A stretch of 64,000 bases of DNA, from NCBI GenBank assembly GCA_040081625.1, contig JBEBGD010000005.1, positions 1 through 64,000 on the forward strand. Direction: 5' to 3'. Made by a program: the position numbers and the translations under genes. Below are positions 29,952 through 38,017 of this stretch, piece by piece. The notes below the pieces were generated by a model. That model made no database searches and was not told where the DNA came from. It saw only the letters and a program-made list of their open reading frames with translations. Source of the DNA: Chthoniobacteraceae bacterium (GTDB lineage Bacteria; Verrucomicrobiota; Verrucomicrobiia; Chthoniobacterales; Chthoniobacteraceae). Numbering within the stretch: position 1 is the first letter of the stretch; each line of letters starts with the position of its first letter.

Positions 29952-30652
29952 ACCTCGCTCTTGCTGATGGCCGTCAGCTCGCCGCGCGCATCGAGGCGCA
30001 GTGGCTCCTTTGCGATGGTGAAGCCGATGCCGCCGCGCCGCGCGACCTGCTCGCGCGCAACGCCACGCTCACGCCACCACTCAAGCTCGTCGTCGATCGC
30101 GCCGGCCAGCCGCGCCTGCGCGCCGAGTGGCCGATCGATCTGCCTGCCGACGAGGCGCTGCCGCAGCTTGCGGCTTCGCTCGAGTCCTCCGCGCCGGACG
30201 TGAATGCCGCCGAACTGCTGCTGCTCGCGCAGGCCGCCGGCTGGTCCGCGACGCAGCGCAACGAAACGCTCTGCGCCGTGCAGCTCGATTGCGACGTGCA
30301 TGCCATCGCGCTGCTCTCGGCGCGCGACGGCGCGGTGCGCGCGGTCATCGAAGTCGCCAGCCTCGCCGATGCGTCGCCAGTGTGCGCCGAAGCCGTCGCC
30401 GTTCTGCTGCTCAGCGTCGCCGGCGACGTGCGCTTCGTCCGACCGGTGTTCGCCGAGGGCAGCGCATGGCTCGAGGCCGCGTTCCCGGTGGTGCCGGATT
30501 TCGCCGCGCTAGGCGAAGGGCTCGCGGCGCTCAGCGTCGCATTCCGCATCGCGGGCCGCGAAGCCGCGTTGCTCGCGGGCGACGAGGCGCTCGCGTCCGA
30601 CTTTCTCTCTCTGCGGGCAGAACCCGCGCACAACAGGAACCAAACCGCATGA
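29948..30652 (+). CDS. Hypothetical protein in the Ubl operon (possibly YbjN/CesT-like alpha-beta fold)
   Basis: ATGA overlaps at both ends; the fold guess is weak. Confidence 0.65.
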   Translation: MNLALADGRQLAARIEAQWLLCDGEADAAAPRDLLARNATLTPPLKLVVDRAGQPRLRAEWPIDLPADEALPQLAASLESSAPDVNAAELLLLAQAAGWSATQRNETLCAVQLDCDVHAIALLSARDGAVRAVIEVASLADASPVCAEAVAVLLLSVAGDVRFVRPVFAEGSAWLEAAFPVVPDFAALGEGLAALSVAFRIAGREAALLAGDEALASDFLSLRAEPAHNRNQTA

Positions 30653-30933
30653 ACACAGCCACACTCCACTCCCTGCGCGCGACCGATGTGTCGCGCCAGA
30701 AGTCGATGCAGCTCAGCGACGTCGCCCTCGATCTCTCCATTGGCGAGATCGTCGATACGCTCGTCGCCTCGATGCAGCTCCCGCGCTTCGACCGCGCCGG
30801 TCGTCCTCTGGACTACCAGGCCCGCTCGGAAAATCAGGGGCGCGCACTGCACCGGAGCGAGCGTGTCAGCGCGCTGAAGGAGGATGATCAGATCAGCCTC
30901 CTGCCCAGCGTTGACGCCGGCGGCGGCCTGTAA
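30649..30933 (+). CDS. Ubiquitin-like (beta-grasp, YukD-like) protein ending PSVDAG-GGL
   Basis: 94 aa; SIGEIVDTLVASMQLP helix; LKEDDQISLLPSVDAG tail; located between E2 and JAB. Confidence 0.8.
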   Translation: MNTATLHSLRATDVSRQKSMQLSDVALDLSIGEIVDTLVASMQLPRFDRAGRPLDYQARSENQGRALHRSERVSALKEDDQISLLPSVDAGGGL

Positions 30934-30944
30934 ATCAGCCCACT

Positions 30945-31025
30945 TTCGGGCGGCGCCGGGGAAAGCGCCGTTCCGGATGCGGGAGGAAAACCGTGCGGCG
31001 GTCGTCGAGGGGGCGACCGCCGCAC
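30945..31025 (+). promoter_or_regulatory. Intergenic double hairpin between Ubl and JAB
   Basis: CGGCGC/GCGCCG stem (30951-30970) and perfect 12-bp stem GTGCGGCGGTCG/CGACCGCCGCAC (30993-31025); no U-tract. Confidence 0.55.
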
Positions 31026-31041
31026 CACCTCCATCATCACC

Positions 31042-32070
31042 ATGAAAACCAATCATCGCTTTGTCATCGCGCTTCAATCGACCGAGGGCCAATCGCTCGG
31101 TCAGTTCACCATCGCGCCCGACTGGCAGCCGGCGGAGGAAGCCGTGTCGCTCGCCGTCCTGCGTGGCGGCGCCGGGCAGCTCGTGCCCGACGGCGTGCGC
31201 ATGAGCATCGAGCCCGTCTGGGGCGGGAGTGGTGAGCCGCATGTGGAAGGTGTCCGCGTCGCGCACGACGGTCATGCCGTCACGGTGCCGCGCGCCTACT
31301 TCCGCACGCTCGCGAAGGATCTCGGCGCAAAGCTCGTCGAGGAAAAGAAAGTCGCCGACGGGACGAAGTTCACGTGGGAGCTGCTCGCCTACCGCGAGGC
31401 CGCGCCCGCGCCGGTTGCGCCGCTGCCTTTCGGCATCACCGTGGTTCCGGTGACGCTTCCATTTCGCGAAGTTGATCTCTCCGAGTGGCTGGGCCGCTCG
31501 ACGCCCGATGGCGAGACGGGCGACGGAAATTTCCCCGTCTTCATCGAGCCGCAGGTGCTCGAGGAAGCGCGCGCCTGCACGCTCGCGGCGACGGGCGTCG
31601 AGACGGGCGGCGTGCTCATCGGCCATCTGCTGCGCGACCACGCCACGCGCGAGATCGGGTTGTGGATCACCGCGCAGATCCCCGCGCAGCACGCGCCGGC
31701 CACGTCGGCGAAGCTCAGCTTCACGCCCGACACCTGGGTGGGCGTGCGTGCCGCCATCGCGCTGCGCCGCCGCGACGAACTGATGATCGGCACCTGGCAC
31801 AGTCACCCCGCGATCGCGTGGTGCGCGAAGTGTCCGCCCGAGCGTCAGCGCGAGTGCGGGTTTCGCACTCCGTTCTTCTCCGACGACGACGTGCTCCTGC
31901 ACCGCACCGCTTTTTTCCGCGCGTATTGCGTGGGGCTCGTCATCGCGCACGCCGCCGACGGGCTCCGCCACGGACTCTTCGGCTGGCAGGCCGGACTCAT
32001 CGAGCCGCGCAGCTTTCACATCACCGAACCAAACCACGACCATGCCCCGTCCCTCACGCCCACCACTTGA
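31042..32070 (+). CDS. JAB/MPN+ metallo-isopeptidase with N-terminal extension
   Basis: ETGGVLIG, GTWHSHP, FFSDDD (JAMM motif) with a CAKC...C insert. Confidence 0.9.
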   Translation: MKTNHRFVIALQSTEGQSLGQFTIAPDWQPAEEAVSLAVLRGGAGQLVPDGVRMSIEPVWGGSGEPHVEGVRVAHDGHAVTVPRAYFRTLAKDLGAKLVEEKKVADGTKFTWELLAYREAAPAPVAPLPFGITVVPVTLPFREVDLSEWLGRSTPDGETGDGNFPVFIEPQVLEEARACTLAATGVETGGVLIGHLLRDHATREIGLWITAQIPAQHAPATSAKLSFTPDTWVGVRAAIALRRRDELMIGTWHSHPAIAWCAKCPPERQRECGFRTPFFSDDDVLLHRTAFFRAYCVGLVIAHAADGLRHGLFGWQAGLIEPRSFHITEPNHDHAPSLTPTT

Positions 32071-33673
32071 TCGCGAGATCAGCACCCTCTTTTCCACCGA
32101 CGACTCTCCCGAGTTGTTCGAGCAGCGCGTTGCTCTGTTCGAGACGCTCGTGACCCAGCATGGGCGCGAAGCGCTGCGCCACGTGCTCGCCGAGTCGAGC
32201 CGGATCATGCGCACCGCCGGCGAAGCGCTCGACAAGCAGCACGCGATCATCAACAAGCTCACCGCGCGACCGCATCCGGTCGTGACCTTCCTCGGCTGGA
32301 GCGCGGGCGGGCAGGCGGCGCGCGTGCTGCACCAGTCCGGCGAACGCGTCGTCGGGCTCGGCGAAGGCTTCATCGGCGACGGTCTCATGCCCGGCGATGC
32401 GGTCGTGCTCGCCGAGGCGGGAAATGTGATCCTCGAGCGCTGCGAAGGCGCGGCGCGCGCGATCGAGCTCGCCGCATTCGAGCGCTCGCTGCCCGACGGC
32501 ACGCTGCTCGTGCGGCATCGCGACGAGCACATCGGGCTGCGTCCGCTTGGCGATTTCGCGCCGAAGTCCGGCGATGAAGTGCGCTTTGACCGGCAGAGCG
32601 GCTACGCCTTTTCGATCGTGCCCGGCGAGGGGCGTCCGAAGTGGCTGCGCGAGGAGCCGCCGCTGGTCCTGCGTGACGCGATCGGCGGGCTCGACGAGTC
32701 GCTCGACCTGATCATGGACACGCTGAGCGCGACGCTCACCGAACCGGATCGCGCCGAGCGCTACGGGCTCGGCGGGCACCGCTGCATCCTGCTCCACGGC
32801 CCGCCAGGAGTGGGCAAGACGCTCTCGGTGCGCTGGGCCGTCTCGGAGCTTTCGAGCATCAGCGGCAAGCGGCTGCGCTACATGTCCATCAAGCCGGCGG
32901 AGTTTCTCTCGAAGTGGGTCGGCGAAACCGAGGCGAACATCCGGCACGCGTTTGGCGAGCTGCGCGCCGCGGCGCGCGAGGACGGATTTGTCGTCGCGTA
33001 TTTCGATGAGATCGAGTCGATCGCGCGCATTCGTGGCGGCTCGCTCGCGCTGCATAGCGACTCGGCGCTCGCCGCGCTGCTCGCGGAAATGGATGGCTTT
33101 GTGAAGCTCGGCAATGTCGCGCTGGTCTTCAGCACGAACCGCAAGGACCTGCTCGATCCCGCGGCGCTCGAGAGGATGAGTTCGATCGACATCCGCGTGC
33201 CGCGGCCAAACCAGCGCGCGGCCCGCCAGATCCTCGGCGTGCATCTCGGCGCGGACTATCCGTTCAGCCCGAACGGGTCCGATGCGCCCGCGACGCGCGA
33301 GCGGATCATCGACGCCGCTGTCTCGCGGCTCTACAGCCCGAACGCCGACAACGCGGTCTGCCGCCTGCGCTTCCGCGACGGCAAGGATCGCGTCATCGTC
33401 GCGCGCGAACTCATCAGCGGCCGGCTGATCCAGCAGCTCAGCCAGGATGCGCGCCAGCGCGCGTTTCGGCGCGAACGCAAGGCCGGCGAATCGGGCGTGC
33501 GGCTCGACGACATCGAGGCCGCCGCAGAGGCCACGCTCGAGCGGATGCGCACGACGCTCTCGATCCAGAATGCGCACATGTATCTCGACGACCTGCCGCA
33601 GGATCTGCCGGTCGTCGCCGTCGAGGCGCTCGGCCGCCGCGTGCGTCAACCCCATCGCTACCTGAACCCGTGA
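32042..33673 (+). CDS. arc: Proteasome-type AAA+ ATPase (ARC/Mpa-like)
   Basis: N-terminal helix plus two OB-like segments; IGGLD, ILLHGPPGVGKT, FLSKWVGETEANIR, YFDEIESIAR.RG, LLAEMDG, STNRKDLLDPA, ISG; ends HRYLNP. Confidence 0.8.
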   Translation: MPRPSRPPLDREISTLFSTDDSPELFEQRVALFETLVTQHGREALRHVLAESSRIMRTAGEALDKQHAIINKLTARPHPVVTFLGWSAGGQAARVLHQSGERVVGLGEGFIGDGLMPGDAVVLAEAGNVILERCEGAARAIELAAFERSLPDGTLLVRHRDEHIGLRPLGDFAPKSGDEVRFDRQSGYAFSIVPGEGRPKWLREEPPLVLRDAIGGLDESLDLIMDTLSATLTEPDRAERYGLGGHRCILLHGPPGVGKTLSVRWAVSELSSISGKRLRYMSIKPAEFLSKWVGETEANIRHAFGELRAAAREDGFVVAYFDEIESIARIRGGSLALHSDSALAALLAEMDGFVKLGNVALVFSTNRKDLLDPAALERMSSIDIRVPRPNQRAARQILGVHLGADYPFSPNGSDAPATRERIIDAAVSRLYSPNADNAVCRLRFRDGKDRVIVARELISGRLIQQLSQDARQRAFRRERKAGESGVRLDDIEAAAEATLERMRTTLSIQNAHMYLDDLPQDLPVVAVEALGRRVRQPHRYLNP

Positions 33674-35244
33674 AAGCTGCCATGCACACCCACAAGATCA
33701 TCGGCGAGGACGAGGAACTCGGCGGCTCCATCATCGGCGGCGGCAACGGCTTCAGCGGCGACGAAGCCACGCGCCTCACGCTGCGCGCGGTCGGCGGCCT
33801 TCCGCTCATGGACGACGAGCCGAAACTCTACGTGCGCGGGGACGGTTCGGTGCGCGCTGCGACGACGAGCCTCTACGACTGCCATCGCAACTACCTGCCC
33901 AATGGCGGCTGCCTATACCAGGATTGTATGCACGTCGAGTTGGCGACCGCCGAGCTCCGCAGCGCGCGCGATTACGTGGCGGCGCATCACGCGATGTTCC
34001 TCGTCGCGCGCGACGCGGCGCAGCGCGCGAGCGAGGGGCTGATCGATGGCCAGCGCATCGAACTGGTCGCGCGCAACAGCGACGGCTTCGGCAATTCCTA
34101 CGCCTCGCACTTCAACCTGATGATCACGCGCCGCGCGTGGCTCGATGTCACCACTCGGCTCGACGCGCTGAGCTGGTTTGCGTCCGCGCAAGTGTCCATG
34201 CCGATCTTCACGGGGCAGGGGAAGGTCGGCGCGGAGAACGGCGCGCCCGCGTGCCGGTATCAGCTCTCGCAGCGCGCGGATTTTTTCGAGAGCATCCTCG
34301 GCTTCCAGACCACCGAGCGCCGCCCACTGGTGAACACGCGCGACGAGTCGCACTGCGACGATCACGCGCGGATGCACATCATCTTCTTCGACGCGAACCT
34401 CTGCCACTTCGCGCTGTGGTTGAAGGCCGGCGTGATCTCGATCCTCGGCGCGATGCTCGAGGCGAAGCTCTGGCGCACCGGGCACATCCTCGCCGATCCC
34501 GTCGCCGCGGCGGTCGCGTGGAGCCACGATCCGACGCTCAAGACGCGCATCGCCACGCTGCGCGGACGCACGCTTACGGCGCTCGAGCATCAGCGGCTCA
34601 TCTGCGAAGCCGCGGCGAAGTTCGTCGAGTCGGGCGAGTGCGACGGGATCGTGCCGGAGGCGAAGGCGATCGTCGCCGCGTGGGAGGAGACGCTCACGCG
34701 CCTCGGCGCTGGAGACACGACGTGGCTCGCGCGCCGGCTCGACTGGGTTTTGAAACAGCAAATCCTCGAGGGCGCGCTCGCGGAAGATCCGGCGCTCTCA
34801 TGGGATTCGCCGGAGCTGCGCGTGCTCGATCATCGCTACGGCCTGCTCGACGACGGAATCTACTTCGCGTGCGAGAGCGCGAACCTCGTCGAACGGATCG
34901 CCACGCCGGCGGACATCGAGCGCTTCGCCAGCCAGCCGCCGGCGGACACGCGTGCGTGGACTCGCGGCCGTCTGCTCGCGCTCGCGGCGGACACGCCGCA
35001 GGTCGTCGAGTCGGTGAACTGGGACCACATCGTCTTCCACTTCCGCTCGATCCACGACGGCCCGCGCCGCTGGCGGGCGACGTTCGACGACCCGCTCGCC
35101 TGCACCGCCGCCGACAGCCCGATCCGCGATGCGACCACGCTCATCGAGGCGCTCCGCGAGCTTCAAGGCGCGGGCCTGCTCAAGGCGGAGAAGCCGCGCT
35201 CACATTCCTATCCGCAGTCCTACGAAACCAACGAAACACCATGA
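33670..35244 (+). CDS. dop: Pup deamidase/depupylase-like protein (PafA/Dop family)
   Basis: IIGEDEELG, NGGCLYQDCMHVE (Dop-like spacing), NSDGFGNSYASH, YQLSQRADF, NTRDESH, RMHIIFFDAN, LDWVLK, PPADTRAW.RG, NWD. Alternative ATG at 33682. Confidence 0.8.
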   Translation: MKAAMHTHKIIGEDEELGGSIIGGGNGFSGDEATRLTLRAVGGLPLMDDEPKLYVRGDGSVRAATTSLYDCHRNYLPNGGCLYQDCMHVELATAELRSARDYVAAHHAMFLVARDAAQRASEGLIDGQRIELVARNSDGFGNSYASHFNLMITRRAWLDVTTRLDALSWFASAQVSMPIFTGQGKVGAENGAPACRYQLSQRADFFESILGFQTTERRPLVNTRDESHCDDHARMHIIFFDANLCHFALWLKAGVISILGAMLEAKLWRTGHILADPVAAAVAWSHDPTLKTRIATLRGRTLTALEHQRLICEAAAKFVESGECDGIVPEAKAIVAAWEETLTRLGAGDTTWLARRLDWVLKQQILEGALAEDPALSWDSPELRVLDHRYGLLDDGIYFACESANLVERIATPADIERFASQPPADTRAWTRGRLLALAADTPQVVESVNWDHIVFHFRSIHDGPRRWRATFDDPLACTAADSPIRDATTLIEALRELQGAGLLKAEKPRSHSYPQSYETNETP

Positions 35245-35441
35245 ACCAAAAACAAGCCATCCGTCCCCAAACCCACGCCACGCCTTCTTGCGGAGGCGAT
35301 GACGACGCCAACGCAAAGCTCGAAGCCGCCCGCGCAGAAGGTGCCAGCGTCTATTCCATCTCCAAGGCGCACCTGGAGAAGGCGAAGAAGATCGACAGCT
35401 CCGCGTATCTCGAGCAAGGCCGCCAGCGCTCCGGGCAATGA
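35241..35441 (+). CDS. UBact/Pup-like small protein modifier ending RQRSGQ
   Basis: 66 aa, likely disordered, C-terminal R-S-G-Q; ATGA overlaps with the PafA/Dop-family genes on both sides. Appears only as the tail of a longer ORF in the track. Confidence 0.8.
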   Translation: MNQKQAIRPQTHATPSCGGDDDANAKLEAARAEGASVYSISKAHLEKAKKIDSSAYLEQGRQRSGQ

Positions 35442-35902
35442 GCGCCCCGTCACGCACCGTCATGGGCCACGAGATGGAGTATGCGGTGGTCGTGCTCGAC
35501 GCGCACGGCGACCGCATGGAGGACCGCGGCCTCGATCTGCTCGAAGTGCTCGCACCCTCGATCGCGCAGAGCCTGCCGTGGGAGGAACGCGGTTTCGCCA
35601 TGCTCAATGGCTCGCGCTTTTACCGCGATGCGGGCGGAAACTTCGCCCACCTCGAAATCGCGACCGCCGAGACGAGCAATCCCGCGGACCTGATCGCGCA
35701 GGTCGAGGCGGGGCACCGGTTCATTCTCCGCGTTGCCGGGGCGCTGAAGAAGAACCCGCTCGTCGGCTCGGTGACGGTCTCGTGCAACACGGTCGATTAC
35801 TCGTCGCAGCCCGCGACGTGCGGGTCGCACGAGAGCTATTTCGTGCCGGTCAGCGGCGCCGCGCGCACCGAGGTCGAAGACGAAGACGACATCCCATTCT
35901 AA
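35438..35902 (+). CDS. pafA: PafA-like Pup ligase, N-terminal part, ending EDEDDIPF
   Basis: VMGHEMEYAV, LNGSRFYRD...HLEIATAE, CGSHESY. Confidence 0.7.
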   Translation: MSAPSRTVMGHEMEYAVVVLDAHGDRMEDRGLDLLEVLAPSIAQSLPWEERGFAMLNGSRFYRDAGGNFAHLEIATAETSNPADLIAQVEAGHRFILRVAGALKKNPLVGSVTVSCNTVDYSSQPATCGSHESYFVPVSGAARTEVEDEDDIPF

Positions 35903-35914
35903 CCGCCACCCGCC

Positions 35915-38017
35915 ATGCAACCGATGGAACTCGCCCCCGCGGTCGTCCCGCACCTCGTCTCGCGCATCGTGCTGTGCGGAGGCGGCGGTCTCGATTCGCG
36001 CAGCTCCGGCATCGTCTTCATGATCTCACCGCGCGTGTCCTGGATCGAGCATCCGGTCGGCGGCGGCAACACGAGCGACCGGCCGATCTTCCACTCGCGC
36101 CACGAGCCGCACACGAACGGCGCGGGCATGCGCGTTCACCTCAACTGCGGCGACCGCAACATGAGCCACGCGTCGCTCGCGCTGCGCTTCGGCACCACGG
36201 CGCTCGTCGCGCTGCTCGCCGGGCGCGGACGCAAACCGCCGCGCGGCGCACGGCCCTTCATGGGGCTGCGGGCGATGCGCGCCTTTGCGCGCGATCCCGC
36301 GCTGGGCGTGGCGGCGCGCTGCTGCGATGGGCGGCGCCGCACCGCGGTGCAGATCAGCCGGCTCAACTGCCAGTGGGTCGAGCGTCATCTCGCCGAGCTG
36401 CCGGAGTGGGCGCCCGCCGTCGTGCAGCAATGGCGCGCCGTGCTCGACCTGCTCGCCAGCGGCGGCGCGCCGGCCGCGGGGCGGCTGCTCGACTGGGCGA
36501 TCCTGCACGGCATCTTCACCGACCTGCTCGCCGAGCGCGGCGTGAGCCTGGCTGAAGTGCGGCGCATGAACCGAAAGCTCGCGCTCGTCGAACGGCGCAT
36601 GCCGGTGAGCGAGGACGGGCAGTTCGCCGAGAAGATCCTCGGCGTGCAGGATCTCCGCCGCACCGCCGTGCGCGCGGCGTTCCAGCAGGCCGGGATCGAT
36701 CTCACGGAAGTCGGGCAGTTCTTCCGCCTGCGCGCCGAACTCGCCGAGATCTTCACGCGCTACGGCGAGATCGGGGAGGACGGATTGTTTCACCAACTCG
36801 ATGGCGTCTTGCGGCACCGGCTTCCGGAGGTCGATGACGCGGCGGTCGCCCACGCCGACTTGCATCCGCCCGCCGACACGCGCGCGAAATACCGCGGCCA
36901 CCTCGTGCGCGAACTCGGCGGCTCCGAGGCGGGAAAGCGCATGATGGTGAACTGGAGCCGCGTCACCGACTGCACGCGCAACCGCCGGCTCGACCTGCCC
37001 GACCCCTTCATCGCCGATGCGAAGTGGATCGACCTGCCCGACCCCGAGCGCCCGCGCCGGCGCATCGTGGCCGACTTGTTCAATCCGCCCGACGCCCTCA
37101 CCCGCATCGTCGCCGAGCAGTTGAACGAAGTGCGCGAACTCTACGATCGCGGGCGGATGGATGAAGCCGCGATGGTGCTCGATACCATCCGCTCGATGAT
37201 CGGGCGACTGCCCGGCGTCGGCGCGATCGGCGACTTCCACCTCTGGGATGCGCGCGTTCACGCGCGGCTCGCGAGCGGCGACGCCCTCGAGCGCCTGGAG
37301 CGGCATTACGGCGACGCGCAGGTGGACTTCTCGCAAGTCGTCGATCGCGTCTGCATCCTCCGGTTCACCGGCCTCACGCCGCCGGCCCGCATCGAGTCGC
37401 AGATCATGGTCGGGAAAGCGCTGGCCGCGTTGCAACCCGAACTGGGCGCCGGGGACCAGTCGTTCCTCGATCACGCCGGCTACACGCAACTGCGCCGCGG
37501 CCAGTTCGCCGAGGCGCTCGCGACGCTCGAGCGCGCGGTGGCCCTCGCCCCGCGGGAGGCGCGGATCGAAGCCCGCACCCACGCGGACCTCGCCGACGCC
37601 TTGCGCGCCATCGGGCGGCACGACGAGGCTGCATCGCACCTCCAGGCCGCCGAGCAACTCCAGCTCAATCACCGCCTGCTCGGCGAGCACGCGGAGATGA
37701 CGTGCATCGTGCGCGGGCGGCTCGCGGCGTGCGCCGGCGCGAGGCGCGAGGCGATCGTCTGGCTCAAGCGCGCGTCGGGGATGCTCACGCCCGAGCGCGC
37801 TCCCGCGCCGTTCGTGCGCGTGCATCTGCTCCGCGCGCGGCTCCCCGGCGGCGCCGCGCTCGGCGCCACGCGGCGCGCGGTCGAGGAAGTCCGCGCCGCC
37901 CGCCCCGCGCTCGCCGCGTGCCCGCTGCTCGCGCAGGTGCTCGAGCACTGGGTCGCGTGGACCACCGGCGAGCCATCGCCGGGCGGGCATCCGGACAAGA
38001 TGTTCTGGGGCGTATGA
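35915..38017 (+). CDS. pafA: PafA-like Pup ligase, C-terminal part, fused to TPR repeats
   Basis: PHLVSRIVLCGGG, ISPR, RPIFHSRHEPH, RVHLNCGDRNMS, LDWAI, PPADTRAKYRG, VNW, DPF, then TPR-like GQFAEALATLERAVAL; same frame as 35438-35902. Confidence 0.7.
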   Translation: MQPMELAPAVVPHLVSRIVLCGGGGLDSRSSGIVFMISPRVSWIEHPVGGGNTSDRPIFHSRHEPHTNGAGMRVHLNCGDRNMSHASLALRFGTTALVALLAGRGRKPPRGARPFMGLRAMRAFARDPALGVAARCCDGRRRTAVQISRLNCQWVERHLAELPEWAPAVVQQWRAVLDLLASGGAPAAGRLLDWAILHGIFTDLLAERGVSLAEVRRMNRKLALVERRMPVSEDGQFAEKILGVQDLRRTAVRAAFQQAGIDLTEVGQFFRLRAELAEIFTRYGEIGEDGLFHQLDGVLRHRLPEVDDAAVAHADLHPPADTRAKYRGHLVRELGGSEAGKRMMVNWSRVTDCTRNRRLDLPDPFIADAKWIDLPDPERPRRRIVADLFNPPDALTRIVAEQLNEVRELYDRGRMDEAAMVLDTIRSMIGRLPGVGAIGDFHLWDARVHARLASGDALERLERHYGDAQVDFSQVVDRVCILRFTGLTPPARIESQIMVGKALAALQPELGAGDQSFLDHAGYTQLRRGQFAEALATLERAVALAPREARIEARTHADLADALRAIGRHDEAASHLQAAEQLQLNHRLLGEHAEMTCIVRGRLAACAGARREAIVWLKRASGMLTPERAPAPFVRVHLLRARLPGGAALGATRRAVEEVRAARPALAACPLLAQVLEHWVAWTTGEPSPGGHPDKMFWGV

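Noticed and set aside
28426..30933. ThiF/MoeB plus ThiS/MoaD sulfur-carrier pathway
   Set aside because: No thiamine, molybdopterin or cysteine-synthesis genes nearby; the E2, RING-like and JAB neighbours point to protein conjugation.
32042..38017. Canonical complete Pup-proteasome operon
   Set aside because: No Ntn-hydrolase 20S alpha/beta ORFs are present, the tag ends RSGQ rather than GG[QE], and PafA is split and TPR-fused.
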